Of a stretch of 64,000 nucleotides of DNA, positions 17,033 through 26,790 are shown one piece after another. A model generated the notes under the pieces. That model ran no database searches, was not told where the DNA came from, and saw only the letters and a program-made list of their open reading frames with translations. The position numbers and the translations under genes were made by a program. Source of the stretch: Candidatus Micrarchaeota archaeon (GTDB lineage: Archaea; Micrarchaeota; Micrarchaeia; Micrarchaeales; CABMGC01). Position 1 is the first letter of the stretch, and every line of letters starts with the position of its first letter. The stretch lies in assembly GCA_046536795.1 (NCBI GenBank), contig JAWDMB010000002.1, positions 178,165 through 242,164 on the forward strand, given 5' to 3'.

Positions 17033-17350
17033 ATAGATCTTAGCTGCAAAAAGATAACAAAGCTTATATTACCTGCAATAAGGGCTGCTGTTGCTGAAGA
17101 ACTTAGCCACAAATATAATTATACACAGGAGGAAATCGCAAGTTCATTGGGTATTGTACAGGTTGCGGTTAGCAAGTATCTTAATAAAAGATACTCTAAC
17201 AAGATAGCAAAACTCAAGGATTACATAAAAGAGAAAGGACTTATAGATGATATTGTAAAAAGTATAATTGAAAAACAGGAAAAGGAAAAAATAGAAAATA
17301 AGATAAACTTGCTTTGCGAAAATAAAGAATTGTTATCTTTTGCTGAATAG
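17033..17350 (+). CDS. HTH transcriptional regulator (COG2522-like) with no canonical start codon; in frame with the upstream ORF
   Basis: The frame after TAG 17030-17032 reads IDLSCKKITKLILPAIRAAVAEELSHKYNYTQEEIASSLGIVQVAVSKYLNKR. The first ATG/GTG/TTG is TTG 17147, inside the recognition helix region. The 5' boundary is uncertain. Confidence 0.45.
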   Translation: MDLSCKKITKLILPAIRAAVAEELSHKYNYTQEEIASSLGIVQVAVSKYLNKRYSNKIAKLKDYIKEKGLIDDIVKSIIEKQEKEKIENKINLLCENKELLSFAE

Positions 17351-17375
17351 CTGAAAAATTGTAATTGGTGGTAGA

Positions 17376-18641
17376 GTGGCTGAAGAATTAGATCCTTTTG
17401 TTATAGCGCAGAAGCAGCTTGATACCGCTGCTGAGGTTATGGGCCTTGACAAGCAAGCACATGAAATTCTTAGAGAACCTATGCAGACTGTAATAGTTAA
17501 TATACCAGTAAAGATGAGAGATGGTACCACAAAGAGCTTCACAGGCTTCAGAGTACTTTATAACAATGCTAGAGGACCTGGAAAGGGTGGTATAAGATAT
17601 CATCCTGAGGAAAATCTTAGCACTGTTAAGGCGCTTGCAGCTTGGATGACCTGGAAGACAGCCCTTGCAAACCTCCCCTATGGCGGTGCAAAAGGAGGTA
17701 TAATATGCGATCCAAAGAGCATGAACGAACAGGAACTTGAGAACCTCTCACGTGGCTATATAAGGGCGATAGCGAACTTCATAGGCAAAGATGTTGATAT
17801 ACCAGCACCTGATGTATATACAACACCGCAGATAATGGCATGGATGATGGACGAATATAGCAAGATAAAGGGCTATAATGAATTTGGAGTTATAACAGGA
17901 AAGCCATTGGAAGTATGGGGCAGCGAAGGCAGAAACGATTCAACAGCTATGGGAGGTATGTATGTTATGAGAGAGGCTGCAAAGATGCTTGGTATAGATC
18001 TTAAAAAGGCAAAGATAGCTGTACAAGGTTTTGGCAATGCTGGTATGTATGCATTCACACTCTCAAAGAAGCTGTTTGGAGCAAATGTTGTTGCGGTAAG
18101 CGATTCAAAAGGGGGTATTTACAGCGAAGATGGATTAGATCTAGAGAAGCTCACAAAAACAAAGCAAGAAACAGGAAGTGTGGTAAATTATGAAGGTGGT
18201 GAAAAGATAACAAACGAAGAACTTCTTGAGAGTGATGTAGACATTCTTATACCTGCAGCTATAGAAAACCAGATAAGAGCGGATAATGCAGACAAGATAA
18301 AGGCAAAGATTGTTCTTGAACTTGCTAATGGACCAGTAACCCCGGATGCAGATAAGATATTATTTGAAAAAGGTATACTTGACCTGCCTGATTTCTTAGT
18401 CAATAGTGGTGGCGTAATAGGTTCGTACTTCGAATGGGTACAGAATATAAACGGCTATTACTGGAGCGCAGAAGAGGTATACAGCAAGCTAGACAAGATA
18501 ATAACAAAATCATTCTACGATACTATCAATACACAGAAGAGCTATGCCGAAAAAGGCGTGAAGATAAGCCCAAGAACAGCAGCATACATAATAGCTGTTG
18601 ATAGAGTTGCAAAGGCGATGAAAGCAAGAGGTTGGTATTAG
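17376..18641 (+). CDS. gdhA: glutamate dehydrogenase
   Basis: 421 aa. [11 protein letters not shown] and LPYGGAKGG catalytic motifs, plus the GFGNAG dinucleotide fold. Confidence 0.9.
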   Translation: MAEELDPFVIAQKQLDTAAEVMGLDKQAHEILREPMQTVIVNIPVKMRDGTTKSFTGFRVLYNNARGPGKGGIRYHPEENLSTVKALAAWMTWKTALANLPYGGAKGGIICDPKSMNEQELENLSRGYIRAIANFIGKDVDIPAPDVYTTPQIMAWMMDEYSKIKGYNEFGVITGKPLEVWGSEGRNDSTAMGGMYVMREAAKMLGIDLKKAKIAVQGFGNAGMYAFTLSKKLFGANVVAVSDSKGGIYSEDGLDLEKLTKTKQETGSVVNYEGGEKITNEELLESDVDILIPAAIENQIRADNADKIKAKIVLELANGPVTPDADKILFEKGILDLPDFLVNSGGVIGSYFEWVQNINGYYWSAEEVYSKLDKIITKSFYDTINTQKSYAEKGVKISPRTAAYIIAVDRVAKAMKARGWY

Positions 18642-18653
18642 ATTTTTTATTTT

Positions 18654-20387
18654 CTATTTTCTTCTTTTCTTAAAGAACTTTAAAAGATCTTCAATGCTCA
18701 TTGTGTTTATAACCTCTTCTTTTCTAACCCAGCCACGCCTTGCTGTTCCTACACCATAGCGCATGTAATCAAAATGCGATAGCCTATGAGCATCTAAGCC
18801 AATTTCATACATAAGCCCATAGGTTCTAGCCTTTAGTATACCTTCATCATTTAGATCAAGTCTATTTGGAAAAGCGTTTATTTCCATTACCACATTGTTT
18901 GCCTTAGCCGCCTCAAAAACCTTGTCAAAATCAAACTGTATAGGGTCTCTTTCACCTATAATCCTATTTGTTGGATGCGCTAATATGTCAATATATCCAG
19001 ATTCCAACGCTTTTATAATACGCTTAGTCATACTTTCCTTGTCCATGTTTAGATAATTGTGGACAGCACCTATTACATAGTCCATCTTTTCGAGTGTTTC
19101 CTTTTTAAGGTCGAGTGAACCATCTTTTAGTATATCTACCTCTCCGCTCTTTAATATCTTTATCTGAGGATACTTCTTTGCGACATTATCTAGATACTCA
19201 AAGTATTTCAAAAACTCCTTATCATCCATGCCGTTTGCAACATGTTCGCTCTTTGTATGGTCTGAGAAACCAATATAGCTATAGCCATGCTTAATCGCTT
19301 CTTCAACTACCTCTTCTACACTGTTTGCACCATCACTGAATTTTGTATGTGTGTGCAGATTACCCTTAATATCGCTTAACTCTATAAGCTTAGGTAGCTT
19401 GTGCTCAAGAGCAAGATTTACTTCTCCCCTTGCCTCGCGCATCTCTGGTTCTATATACTGCATGCCGAGCTTTTCATACACTTCTCTTTCTTCTTTGCCG
19501 GCAATCATCCTACCTTTTGAGTCAAAGAGCCCATACTCATTTAGCTTATAACCTTTCTTCACCGCTATCTTCCTTACCTCAATTCCATGCTCTTTGCTGC
19601 CAGTAAAGTATTGAAGTGCTGCACCGAAACTTTTATCCTCTACAACCCTTACATCGCAACTTAAACCTATCTTTAGCCAGACTGTTGTTTTTGTTGGACC
19701 TTTTACGGTTATACTTTCAACTTCTGGCAATTTTGTTACAAAATCCATTACCTCAAGCGCCTTATCAGAGGTTACAAGTATATCCAAATCACCTACAGTT
19801 TCGCGCATCCTACGCGTTGAACCAGCGATTACCGCTTTAGAAACGAGTCCAGAAGCCAGAAGCTTGGCTATAATCCTTTCGGCCTCTGGGAGGGCTGTGC
19901 CAAGAAGCATACGCTTGCCTGCCTCTTCAAGCATCGCTATTCCTTTAGCTATCTCGCTCTCGCTTTTTTCGCCAAATCCCTCGAGCTTGCTTATTTTATG
20001 CTCTTCTACTGCCTTTTTTAAATCTTCAAGATTTTTAACGCCGAGCTCCTTGTAGAGCTTGTATATCTTCTTTGGTCCGAGGCCTTGAATGTTAGAAAGA
20101 GTCTTAAAGTCAATAGGATATTTTTTCTTCAGCTCCTCGTATTTTGTAATCTTACCCGTTTCTACAAACTCCCTTATTCTATCAGCAAGGCCTTTGCCTA
20201 TTCCAGGCAGCTTCTGCAGCCCTTCAATGCCTTCTTTCTTTAGTATATCTCCAACATCCTCTTGCAAGGTACCTATTGTCAATGCAGCCTTCCTGTATGC
20301 CCTTACCTCAAATGATCGCTCCTCGCCCTCGAGCTCAAGCATATCAGCTATTTCATTGAAAATCTCTGCTATTTGCTTGTTGTACAC
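18654..20387 (-). CDS. polX: family X DNA polymerase with C-terminal PHP domain
   Basis: 577 aa. N-terminal HhH motifs (LPGIGKGLADRI, IQGLGPKKIYKL), nucleotidyltransferase GSTRRMRETVGDLDILV, and PHP motifs LHTHTKFSDG and HP. Confidence 0.9.
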   Translation of the reverse strand: MYNKQIAEIFNEIADMLELEGEERSFEVRAYRKAALTIGTLQEDVGDILKKEGIEGLQKLPGIGKGLADRIREFVETGKITKYEELKKKYPIDFKTLSNIQGLGPKKIYKLYKELGVKNLEDLKKAVEEHKISKLEGFGEKSESEIAKGIAMLEEAGKRMLLGTALPEAERIIAKLLASGLVSKAVIAGSTRRMRETVGDLDILVTSDKALEVMDFVTKLPEVESITVKGPTKTTVWLKIGLSCDVRVVEDKSFGAALQYFTGSKEHGIEVRKIAVKKGYKLNEYGLFDSKGRMIAGKEEREVYEKLGMQYIEPEMREARGEVNLALEHKLPKLIELSDIKGNLHTHTKFSDGANSVEEVVEEAIKHGYSYIGFSDHTKSEHVANGMDDKEFLKYFEYLDNVAKKYPQIKILKSGEVDILKDGSLDLKKETLEKMDYVIGAVHNYLNMDKESMTKRIIKALESGYIDILAHPTNRIIGERDPIQFDFDKVFEAAKANNVVMEINAFPNRLDLNDEGILKARTYGLMYEIGLDAHRLSHFDYMRYGVGTARRGWVRKEEVINTMSIEDLLKFFKKRRK

Positions 20388-20474
20388 ATTATTAGATTCT
20401 ATAAAAAATTAGATAAATCTATCACATAGGATCCTTACATATTAAAAAAGAATCACGCAGAAATTTTTGCAAAC

Positions 20475-20924
20475 TTATTCATCAAACTTTTTTATTTTCT
20501 CCCATTCCTCGACAGATCCGTCTGTTGCTTCAAACAAAGGATTCGGTTCTGCATTGCTTATGCTCTTTATCCTTTCATATTGTGCTATACTTCTTCTCTT
20601 GAGCTTCTGTTTTAATAGTGAAAGTTCATAATCTAATTGCCCTCTTGCCACCTTTATCTTTAATTTTGTGTTAATTTTTGAATTATCAATCTTCCTAGTG
20701 TCAAAGCTGTAACCCCTTTCTTTAGCGCTAAGGGAGATATAATAAAGATAAGTGTTTATTGCAGAGAGTGGATCTGGTTGCTCCTTAAACCTGATAAGCT
20801 GTGGGTGGTTCTTGTAGCCTTCTGTCTTGCCTTCAAGGACCTTCTTTGCAAGAAGGGCTTCGCGCCACAGAGCGACAATACCTTTTGAATCTAAGTATTC
20901 AAACTTTATTGACCATAATCGCAT
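20475..20924 (-). CDS. pyrimidine dimer DNA glycosylase (DenV/endonuclease V-like) family protein
   Basis: 149 aa. MRLWSI..YLDSKGIVALWREALLAKKVLEGKTEGYKNHPQLIRF matches the Pyr_excise family N-terminal pattern. Confidence 0.7.
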   Translation of the reverse strand: MRLWSIKFEYLDSKGIVALWREALLAKKVLEGKTEGYKNHPQLIRFKEQPDPLSAINTYLYYISLSAKERGYSFDTRKIDNSKINTKLKIKVARGQLDYELSLLKQKLKRRSIAQYERIKSISNAEPNPLFEATDGSVEEWEKIKKFDE

Positions 20925-21098
20925 ACAACCACTTAGCTACTAAATTATGAAATTTATTTCAACAATTTTTATCTCTTCCCCATGCTTTTCGATTAGACTA
21001 ACAAACTAAAATATTTAACTAAGCTGCTCAAACTTTGGCATAAAAAGCTAAAATAGAAAAGTTATTATTTATGTTTTGCATAGCTTATTAGGAGCAAA

Positions 21099-21593
21099 AT
21101 GAAAATTAATAACAGGATAGGAGGTAGAAAGGCCCAGAGTGCAATGGAATATTTAATGACTTATGGCTGGGCTATTCTTATTATAGGGATTGCGCTCGCC
21201 GCAATGTTCCAGATGGGGCTTTTTAATCCAAGCAAATATGTTATGAGCACATGTACACTTCCTTCTGGACTCACATGTGGTTCATTCTTTCTTTATTCAA
21301 ACGGCACACTTTCAGTATCAATAGGCAATAGCCTTCAAGACCCAATAAATGTAACAGCAATAGGTTGCTCACCCAATAAGACAATTACTAATATGCAAAC
21401 ACCCTATAATCCACCATCAAACCAGATTTACATACCAATAGGAGGAAGCCACACATTTAGCGTTAACTGCAATGGTGCATCAGGCTTAGCGCCTGGGCAG
21501 CTTTACACAGGATATTTAGTTATAAACTATACAGATGATGTTACCCTCTTTCCACAAACAATCTTTGGAAGAATTGCGATAAAGATTTCATAA
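21099..21593 (+). CDS. archaeal type IV pilin-like protein (DUF361-type class III signal peptide), candidate major pilin, paralog 1
   Basis: GGRKA|QSAMEYLMTYGWAILIIGIAL gives Q+1, S+2, E+5 and a hydrophobic helix. AGGAG lies 5 nt upstream. Paralogous to 40919-41404. Confidence 0.7.
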   Translation: MKINNRIGGRKAQSAMEYLMTYGWAILIIGIALAAMFQMGLFNPSKYVMSTCTLPSGLTCGSFFLYSNGTLSVSIGNSLQDPINVTAIGCSPNKTITNMQTPYNPPSNQIYIPIGGSHTFSVNCNGASGLAPGQLYTGYLVINYTDDVTLFPQTIFGRIAIKIS

Positions 21594-21670
21594 TGGACTA
21601 TGCGGATATGCATCGAATAGAAAAGTATTTTATTTTATTTATCGATATAGTATTACCCTAGGGTGTTTGC

Positions 21671-22705
21671 ATGGATGACCTGCTTAATGCTGCAATGCAG
21701 GGTGTTGATGAAAGTGACTTGTTCAAGCCAAGAATTGCTGTTGCTGGAGTTGGCGGCGGTGGAAACAACACTGTAAACAGGCTTAGTACCCTTGACATAA
21801 AAGGTGCAAGCCTATATGCATTTAATACTGATTCTAAGCACTTGAATATGCTTAATCCTTCTATAAAGAAGCTTACGATAGGCTACTCTTTAACCCATGG
21901 TCTAGGCGCTGGAGGCTTTCCAGAGATTGGTGAGAAAGCGGCAGAAATAAGCAGAGATGAGATTAGCTTACTGCTTAAAGACACTAACTTGCTTTTCTTA
22001 TGCGCTGGGATGGGTGGCGGCACAGGAACAGGTGCTGCTCCTGTTGTGGCAAGGATAGCAAAGGAGAATGGCGCAATAGTAATAGGTATAGTAACACTAC
22101 CGTTTGCACTAGAAAAAGTAAGATTTGAGGTTGCGAGAAAAGGAATAGAGAAGTTAAGGCAGAATGTTGATACATTAATTGTTATAGATAACCAGAGGCT
22201 TGTTAATCTGTATCCAAATCTTGCTATAGAACAAGCTTTTATGCTTGCTGATGAAATAACAGCAAGGGCTGTGCGAGGCATTACAGAAACAATAACGCAG
22301 CCAAGCCTAATAAATCTGGACTTTGCAGATGTAAGAGCTATAATGAGCGGTGGTGGAGTATCTATGATAAGTGTTGGCAGCGCACAGGGACCTGATAGAG
22401 TAAATGAGGTTGTAAGAGATACACTCAAAAATAAGCTCCTTGATGTTGACTATGAAGGGGCTACGGGCGTTCTTCTCCATATAACTGGTGGACCAGACAT
22501 GACATTGGGAGAAGCAAATGAGATAGGAACAAAGTTAACCGAATCAGTATCACCAAATGCAAACGTTACGTGGGGTGCAAGACTCGACAACGAATACCAG
22601 GGAAGGGTTGAGGTGATAGCAATCTTCACAGGCGTTAAAAGCCCCTCCATATTTGGCAAAAAGAGTGAAAATGAGAACGAGGACTTAGGCCTCGGATATA
22701 TCTGA
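21671..22705 (+). CDS. ftsZ: cell division protein FtsZ
   Basis: GVGGGGNNTVNRL and the tubulin signature GMGGGTGTGAAPVVA. Confidence 0.9.
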   Translation: MDDLLNAAMQGVDESDLFKPRIAVAGVGGGGNNTVNRLSTLDIKGASLYAFNTDSKHLNMLNPSIKKLTIGYSLTHGLGAGGFPEIGEKAAEISRDEISLLLKDTNLLFLCAGMGGGTGTGAAPVVARIAKENGAIVIGIVTLPFALEKVRFEVARKGIEKLRQNVDTLIVIDNQRLVNLYPNLAIEQAFMLADEITARAVRGITETITQPSLINLDFADVRAIMSGGGVSMISVGSAQGPDRVNEVVRDTLKNKLLDVDYEGATGVLLHITGGPDMTLGEANEIGTKLTESVSPNANVTWGARLDNEYQGRVEVIAIFTGVKSPSIFGKKSENENEDLGLGYI

Positions 22706-22792
22706 TTTTACTTATTTTTCTGATTGGATTATCACAGAGTTATAGAAAGGCTTATAAATATGTTTATATAAATAAAATCTAGTCTCCTTTTG

Positions 22793-23452
22793 GTGATGTT
22801 GATGAATTTCCTAAAGGAAAAAGATGTAAAATATATAAAGGATTTGTTCGAGAAGAACCTAACCGGAGAGGTAAATCTTATACTCTTCGTAGATACACCA
22901 GACAAGTGCCAATACTGCAATGATACTGTACAGCTTCTTACAGAGCTTGCAAATATTAACCCAAAGCTAAAGCTCACAGTATATGATATAAACAAAAATC
23001 AAAAAGAAGCTAAATTCCTAGGCGTAGATAAGACACCAGGCCTTGTTATAGGTGGAAAGAAGATTTATAATATGTATTATTTTGGCATACCAGCAGGGCA
23101 TGAGTTTGCGGCCCTTCTAGAAGATATCGTTGACGCCTCAAATGGAGCAACAAGGCTTTCAGAAGCAACAAAAGAAAAGTTAAAGTCGATAAAGGAGCCT
23201 ATAGAGATAAAGGTGTTTGTAACACCAACATGCCCTTACTGCCCCAGAGCTGTTAGGACAGCGCACCAGTTCGCAATGGAGAATGATAAGATAAAGAGCG
23301 CTATGATAGAGGCTATGGAGTTCTATGACCTTGCAAACCAATATAGTGTTATGGCTGTTCCAAAAATAGTAATAAATGATAATGTTTCTTTTGAGGGTGC
23401 ACTCCCAGAAGAGAATTTCTTAGAATATGTACTTTCTGCGGTTAAAGGTTGA
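22793..23452 (+). CDS. protein disulfide oxidoreductase (two thioredoxin-fold units, glutaredoxin-like)
   Basis: Two CxxC sites, CQYC and CPYC, in tandem thioredoxin folds, as in Pyrococcus-type PDO. Confidence 0.8.
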   Translation: MMLMNFLKEKDVKYIKDLFEKNLTGEVNLILFVDTPDKCQYCNDTVQLLTELANINPKLKLTVYDINKNQKEAKFLGVDKTPGLVIGGKKIYNMYYFGIPAGHEFAALLEDIVDASNGATRLSEATKEKLKSIKEPIEIKVFVTPTCPYCPRAVRTAHQFAMENDKIKSAMIEAMEFYDLANQYSVMAVPKIVINDNVSFEGALPEENFLEYVLSAVKG

Positions 23453-23457
23453 TTAGC

Positions 23458-25767
23458 TCAAAGCTCTTCTACTATTGTGCCGCCATGTGCAGCCTTGTCT
23501 CTGCTAAGCACATATGTTTTTGAGCTTGAAGCCTGCTTTAGGGCTTCATCATGCGTTATAAGAAATATCTGATCTATTATTCTTGGTAGCGTCTCATTAA
23601 AGATGTGTATAAACTTTGCTATTCCCTGCTCATCTATGTTGTGGGTTGGCTCATCAAGGATTAGCCATTTAAGATTTGGAACAAGCACAAGCGCAAATGC
23701 AACTCTCATTGCAAGGCACGCTATGCTCCTTTCTCCACCACTGGCTATACTCTCAACAGGCCTCCACTCTTGAACACCATTCTTTATTATCTTAACCTCT
23801 AAAGTATAGTCATCTTTTCCCGCATTGAGCCTTATGTCTACATAATCACCATATGGATATAGCTCTGGCCATAATTCACTCATTATATGATTTATAGAAT
23901 CAATTAGCCTAGACCTTAATGCACCTTGCGTTTCTGAAAGCGCGTTCTTGAACCTCGTTAATTCTTCAGCCGTATGCTTCTTCTGTTCTGCATCTCTTAT
24001 TATTCCTTCGACATGTGCTAGCATCTCACTCTTCTCATCTATTTCTTTGATCTTCTCATTTACAGCCTTCTCGTTAGCTTTAATGCTAGCATCTATAGAG
24101 CTTAGCATAGCGCTAATGCTTGTATACTCTTTTTGCTTTTCTTCTATAAGCTTGTCGTTTACACTTTTTGAAAGCTCATCAATCTCTGCCTTCTTAGCAT
24201 TTATTTCTTCTCTAAGCTTTTGCGCCTCGCTCTTATATTTGCTTAGATTCTCTGCTTCTTTTCTGCTCTCTTTTAGCTTTACCAGCTCTGCTGAAAGCTC
24301 ATTTACTTCTGTGCTAAGTTTTTCCTTATTTGCACTCACCTCTCTTTCACTCTTTTTCCTTAGTTCAAGCTCATCTTTGTTCTTTGCAAAGGCTTCGTCT
24401 ATGCCAGCATAGCCTTTAAGCTTTTCATTCGCAACGAGCATTGCATTGAACTCTTCACTAAGCTTCTTGAATGCTGTTCGCTCGTTTTCTATAAGTGCGC
24501 TTATTCTCTTTATCTCATCCTCTGACTCGCTTAAAATTTTTTTCTTGCTTTCTAGAAGCTTAATCCTAAGCTCCTCGCTCAGCTCTCTTTCGCACACAGG
24601 GCATTTGCTTATGTGCTTTGAAAGATCCTCTATATACTTGCCCATCTCCTCTTTTCTAGACTTGGCTGATGCAAGCTCCTTCTCAAGCCTTTCGATCTGT
24701 TCCTCTTTCTCTTCTTTCGCCTTAGCATAATTGTCTATATCCTTTAATTTCATTTTTTCTATTAGCGAGTCGCGCTCCTTTATCTGCTCGTCAAGTTTTC
24801 TTAGCTCATTTTCTAGCCTAGCAACAGCCCTGCTCTCTTCAAGCTCTTGCTGCTCTGCATTCTTGAGCTCCGCCTTTAGCCTTTCTAGCTCGTTAGATAC
24901 AAAGCTTATCTTTGGCTCAAGCTCATCTGACTTTAAGCCCATCTCCTCTATCTTTTTTATCTCTCTTTCATCAAAGCTGAGCGTCGATTCTAAGCCCTTA
25001 AGCTCCTTCTCTAAGCTTATCTTCTTTGCATTCTTCTCCTGAAGCTCTTTAAGCTCCTTCTCAACCTTCTTGAGCTTTTCAACAAGCTCTAGCCTTTTAG
25101 AGATAAGCTCCTCGCCGTCTTTTTTGAGCTTGGCGAGTTCTTCCTTTGCAGAGCTAAGCTGCTCATTAAGCTTCTTTATGTCGAAATTGGCTGCATTAGC
25201 TTCTTGCTGTGAGGCCAGATCTTTTATCCTGTTTATAAGGCTTGTAACATTGTCTTCTGCAATTGCAAACTTGTCAAGGCCAAGAAGCCCATCAATTACA
25301 TCTTTCCTCTCGCTGCTCCTTAGCTCTAGGAAATAATCAAGGTTGTTCTGCTCAGAGTATATAGCCCTTGAAAAAAGGTCATAGTCCATCTTAAGAAGGC
25401 TCTCTATGTATTCGTTAACACGCTGGGGCTGTGACTGCATGATGGAGCCATTCTTTAATATTTTTGCTGTTGTCCCGCCTGCCAGCTCAAGCCTTCTCTC
25501 TATAATATATTCATTTCCATCTAAGCTTAGGCCGAGCCTTACCTCGGCATAGCTTTCTTGCACAGGCACATTCTTTATTATATCATTTATGCCAACGCGC
25601 CTATGCTGCAAAGCCGGGAATGTACCGAAGAGGGCGTAAGAGATTGCATCCATAACTGAGCTTTTGCCTGCACCCATCTGCCCTACAAGCACATTTGTAC
25701 CTTTAGCAAAGTTAAGTATTGTATGCTCGTGCGTCTTCCAGTTTTTAAGCTCGATAAACTCAATCAT
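23458..25767 (-). CDS. rad50: DNA double-strand break repair ATPase Rad50
   Basis: Walker A GQMGAGKSS, a long coiled coil with a central zinc hook CPVC, signature SGGE and Walker B LILDEP. Confidence 0.85.
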   Translation of the reverse strand: MIEFIELKNWKTHEHTILNFAKGTNVLVGQMGAGKSSVMDAISYALFGTFPALQHRRVGINDIIKNVPVQESYAEVRLGLSLDGNEYIIERRLELAGGTTAKILKNGSIMQSQPQRVNEYIESLLKMDYDLFSRAIYSEQNNLDYFLELRSSERKDVIDGLLGLDKFAIAEDNVTSLINRIKDLASQQEANAANFDIKKLNEQLSSAKEELAKLKKDGEELISKRLELVEKLKKVEKELKELQEKNAKKISLEKELKGLESTLSFDEREIKKIEEMGLKSDELEPKISFVSNELERLKAELKNAEQQELEESRAVARLENELRKLDEQIKERDSLIEKMKLKDIDNYAKAKEEKEEQIERLEKELASAKSRKEEMGKYIEDLSKHISKCPVCERELSEELRIKLLESKKKILSESEDEIKRISALIENERTAFKKLSEEFNAMLVANEKLKGYAGIDEAFAKNKDELELRKKSEREVSANKEKLSTEVNELSAELVKLKESRKEAENLSKYKSEAQKLREEINAKKAEIDELSKSVNDKLIEEKQKEYTSISAMLSSIDASIKANEKAVNEKIKEIDEKSEMLAHVEGIIRDAEQKKHTAEELTRFKNALSETQGALRSRLIDSINHIMSELWPELYPYGDYVDIRLNAGKDDYTLEVKIIKNGVQEWRPVESIASGGERSIACLAMRVAFALVLVPNLKWLILDEPTHNIDEQGIAKFIHIFNETLPRIIDQIFLITHDEALKQASSSKTYVLSRDKAAHGGTIVEEL

Positions 25768-26018
25768 CAGTTAAAATACGCAATTTAGATTTAAATATTA
25801 GTGTCTAAGTAGCGTTGAGATTATGCAAAGAGAATCACTATACACTAGCCGTTAGCATGTGCAAAGCAAAGTTAAAAGTTATAAGTGTACTATATAAGAT
25901 TAGACAAAAGTTATATAGTATAGGTTCTAATTATCACATTATGGCCCAACATCAAATGCCTTAGGGATAAGTATTTAAAAATTCAGAATTAATATAATAC
26001 TACAAATCCTGTGATTTT

Positions 26019-26414
26019 ATGAGTCAATTTGGCGTGCAATATCATGGACCCTCAAATAGGAAATCTTCTGGAAACGGAAAACTCAAGATTAAGAGTAGAG
26101 ACAAGAAGAGGCACGAAGTAGGGGGCTATTTCATAGCAACAAGATTAGGCGAAGCAAATGTAATAAAGAAGGTAAGAACAAGAGGCGGTAGAGAAAAGGA
26201 CAAGCTTAAAAATGCGGGCTATGCTAATTTGCTTGTCGACGGTTCTTACAAAAAAGTCAAGATAAAGGGTGTTATAGAGTCAAAAGATAACAGAAACTTC
26301 GCTAGGCTTAACATAATAACAAAGGGTACAGTTATAGACACAGAGCTTGGCAGAGCAATTGTTATAAATAGACCTGGAAAAGAGGGCTTTATAAATGCAA
26401 AGCTGGTGAAGTGA
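26019..26414 (+). CDS. rps8e: ribosomal protein eS8
   Basis: 131 aa. The basic N-terminus (YHGPSNRKSSGNGK..RDKKRHEVGG) and C-terminal beta region are typical of S8e. Confidence 0.85.
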   Translation: MSQFGVQYHGPSNRKSSGNGKLKIKSRDKKRHEVGGYFIATRLGEANVIKKVRTRGGREKDKLKNAGYANLLVDGSYKKVKIKGVIESKDNRNFARLNIITKGTVIDTELGRAIVINRPGKEGFINAKLVK

Positions 26415-26785
26415 TGCCTGCAAGAGTCTATGTATGCCCGATAGAAAAAGAGAATGAGCTTAAGAAGATGCTTGAGTATGACCCTTACCTTGATCCGAAG
26501 ATAAAAGAAGAAGATTTGAAGAAACTTAGAGAAGATGAAATGGCTAATATTATATTTGCAAGGCAAGACTATGTGATAAAGGAAGGCGCATCTATAAACA
26601 TGGATCCATCTAAATGCTACCTCTTTTTGAATGCACAAGATTCTTTCCTCGATAAAGCAGAGAAAAAACTCAAGAGCATAGAGGGTTTAGAACGCGCAAA
26701 ACCAGATATAGAATCAAAGGTTATAATGTTTATTGATGATGAAAGAAAGAGGGCGGATGAAGGCTTCGGCTCAATATTCGGGTAG
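26411..26785 (+). CDS. hypothetical protein with ribosomal-stalk-like C-terminal tail
   Basis: Its start overlaps the rps8e stop (GTGATG). The C-terminus is ..DDERKRADEGFGSIFG. The N-terminal 100 aa are unlike P1/P0. Confidence 0.5.
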   Translation: MMPARVYVCPIEKENELKKMLEYDPYLDPKIKEEDLKKLREDEMANIIFARQDYVIKEGASINMDPSKCYLFLNAQDSFLDKAEKKLKSIEGLERAKPDIESKVIMFIDDERKRADEGFGSIFG

Positions 26786-26790
26786 TTTAG

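Noticed and set aside
23948-25336. A series of plus-strand ORFs (154, 94, 103 and 88 aa) rich in Ser, Leu and Phe inside the rad50 region.
   Set aside because: They are antisense shadows of the Glu/Lys-rich coiled-coil codons of rad50. They are low complexity, with no start signals or motifs.
26246-26638. A 130-aa minus-strand ORF overlapping rps8e and the following gene.
   Set aside because: It overlaps two co-oriented, translationally coupled genes, one of which is a clear ribosomal protein. It has no motifs.
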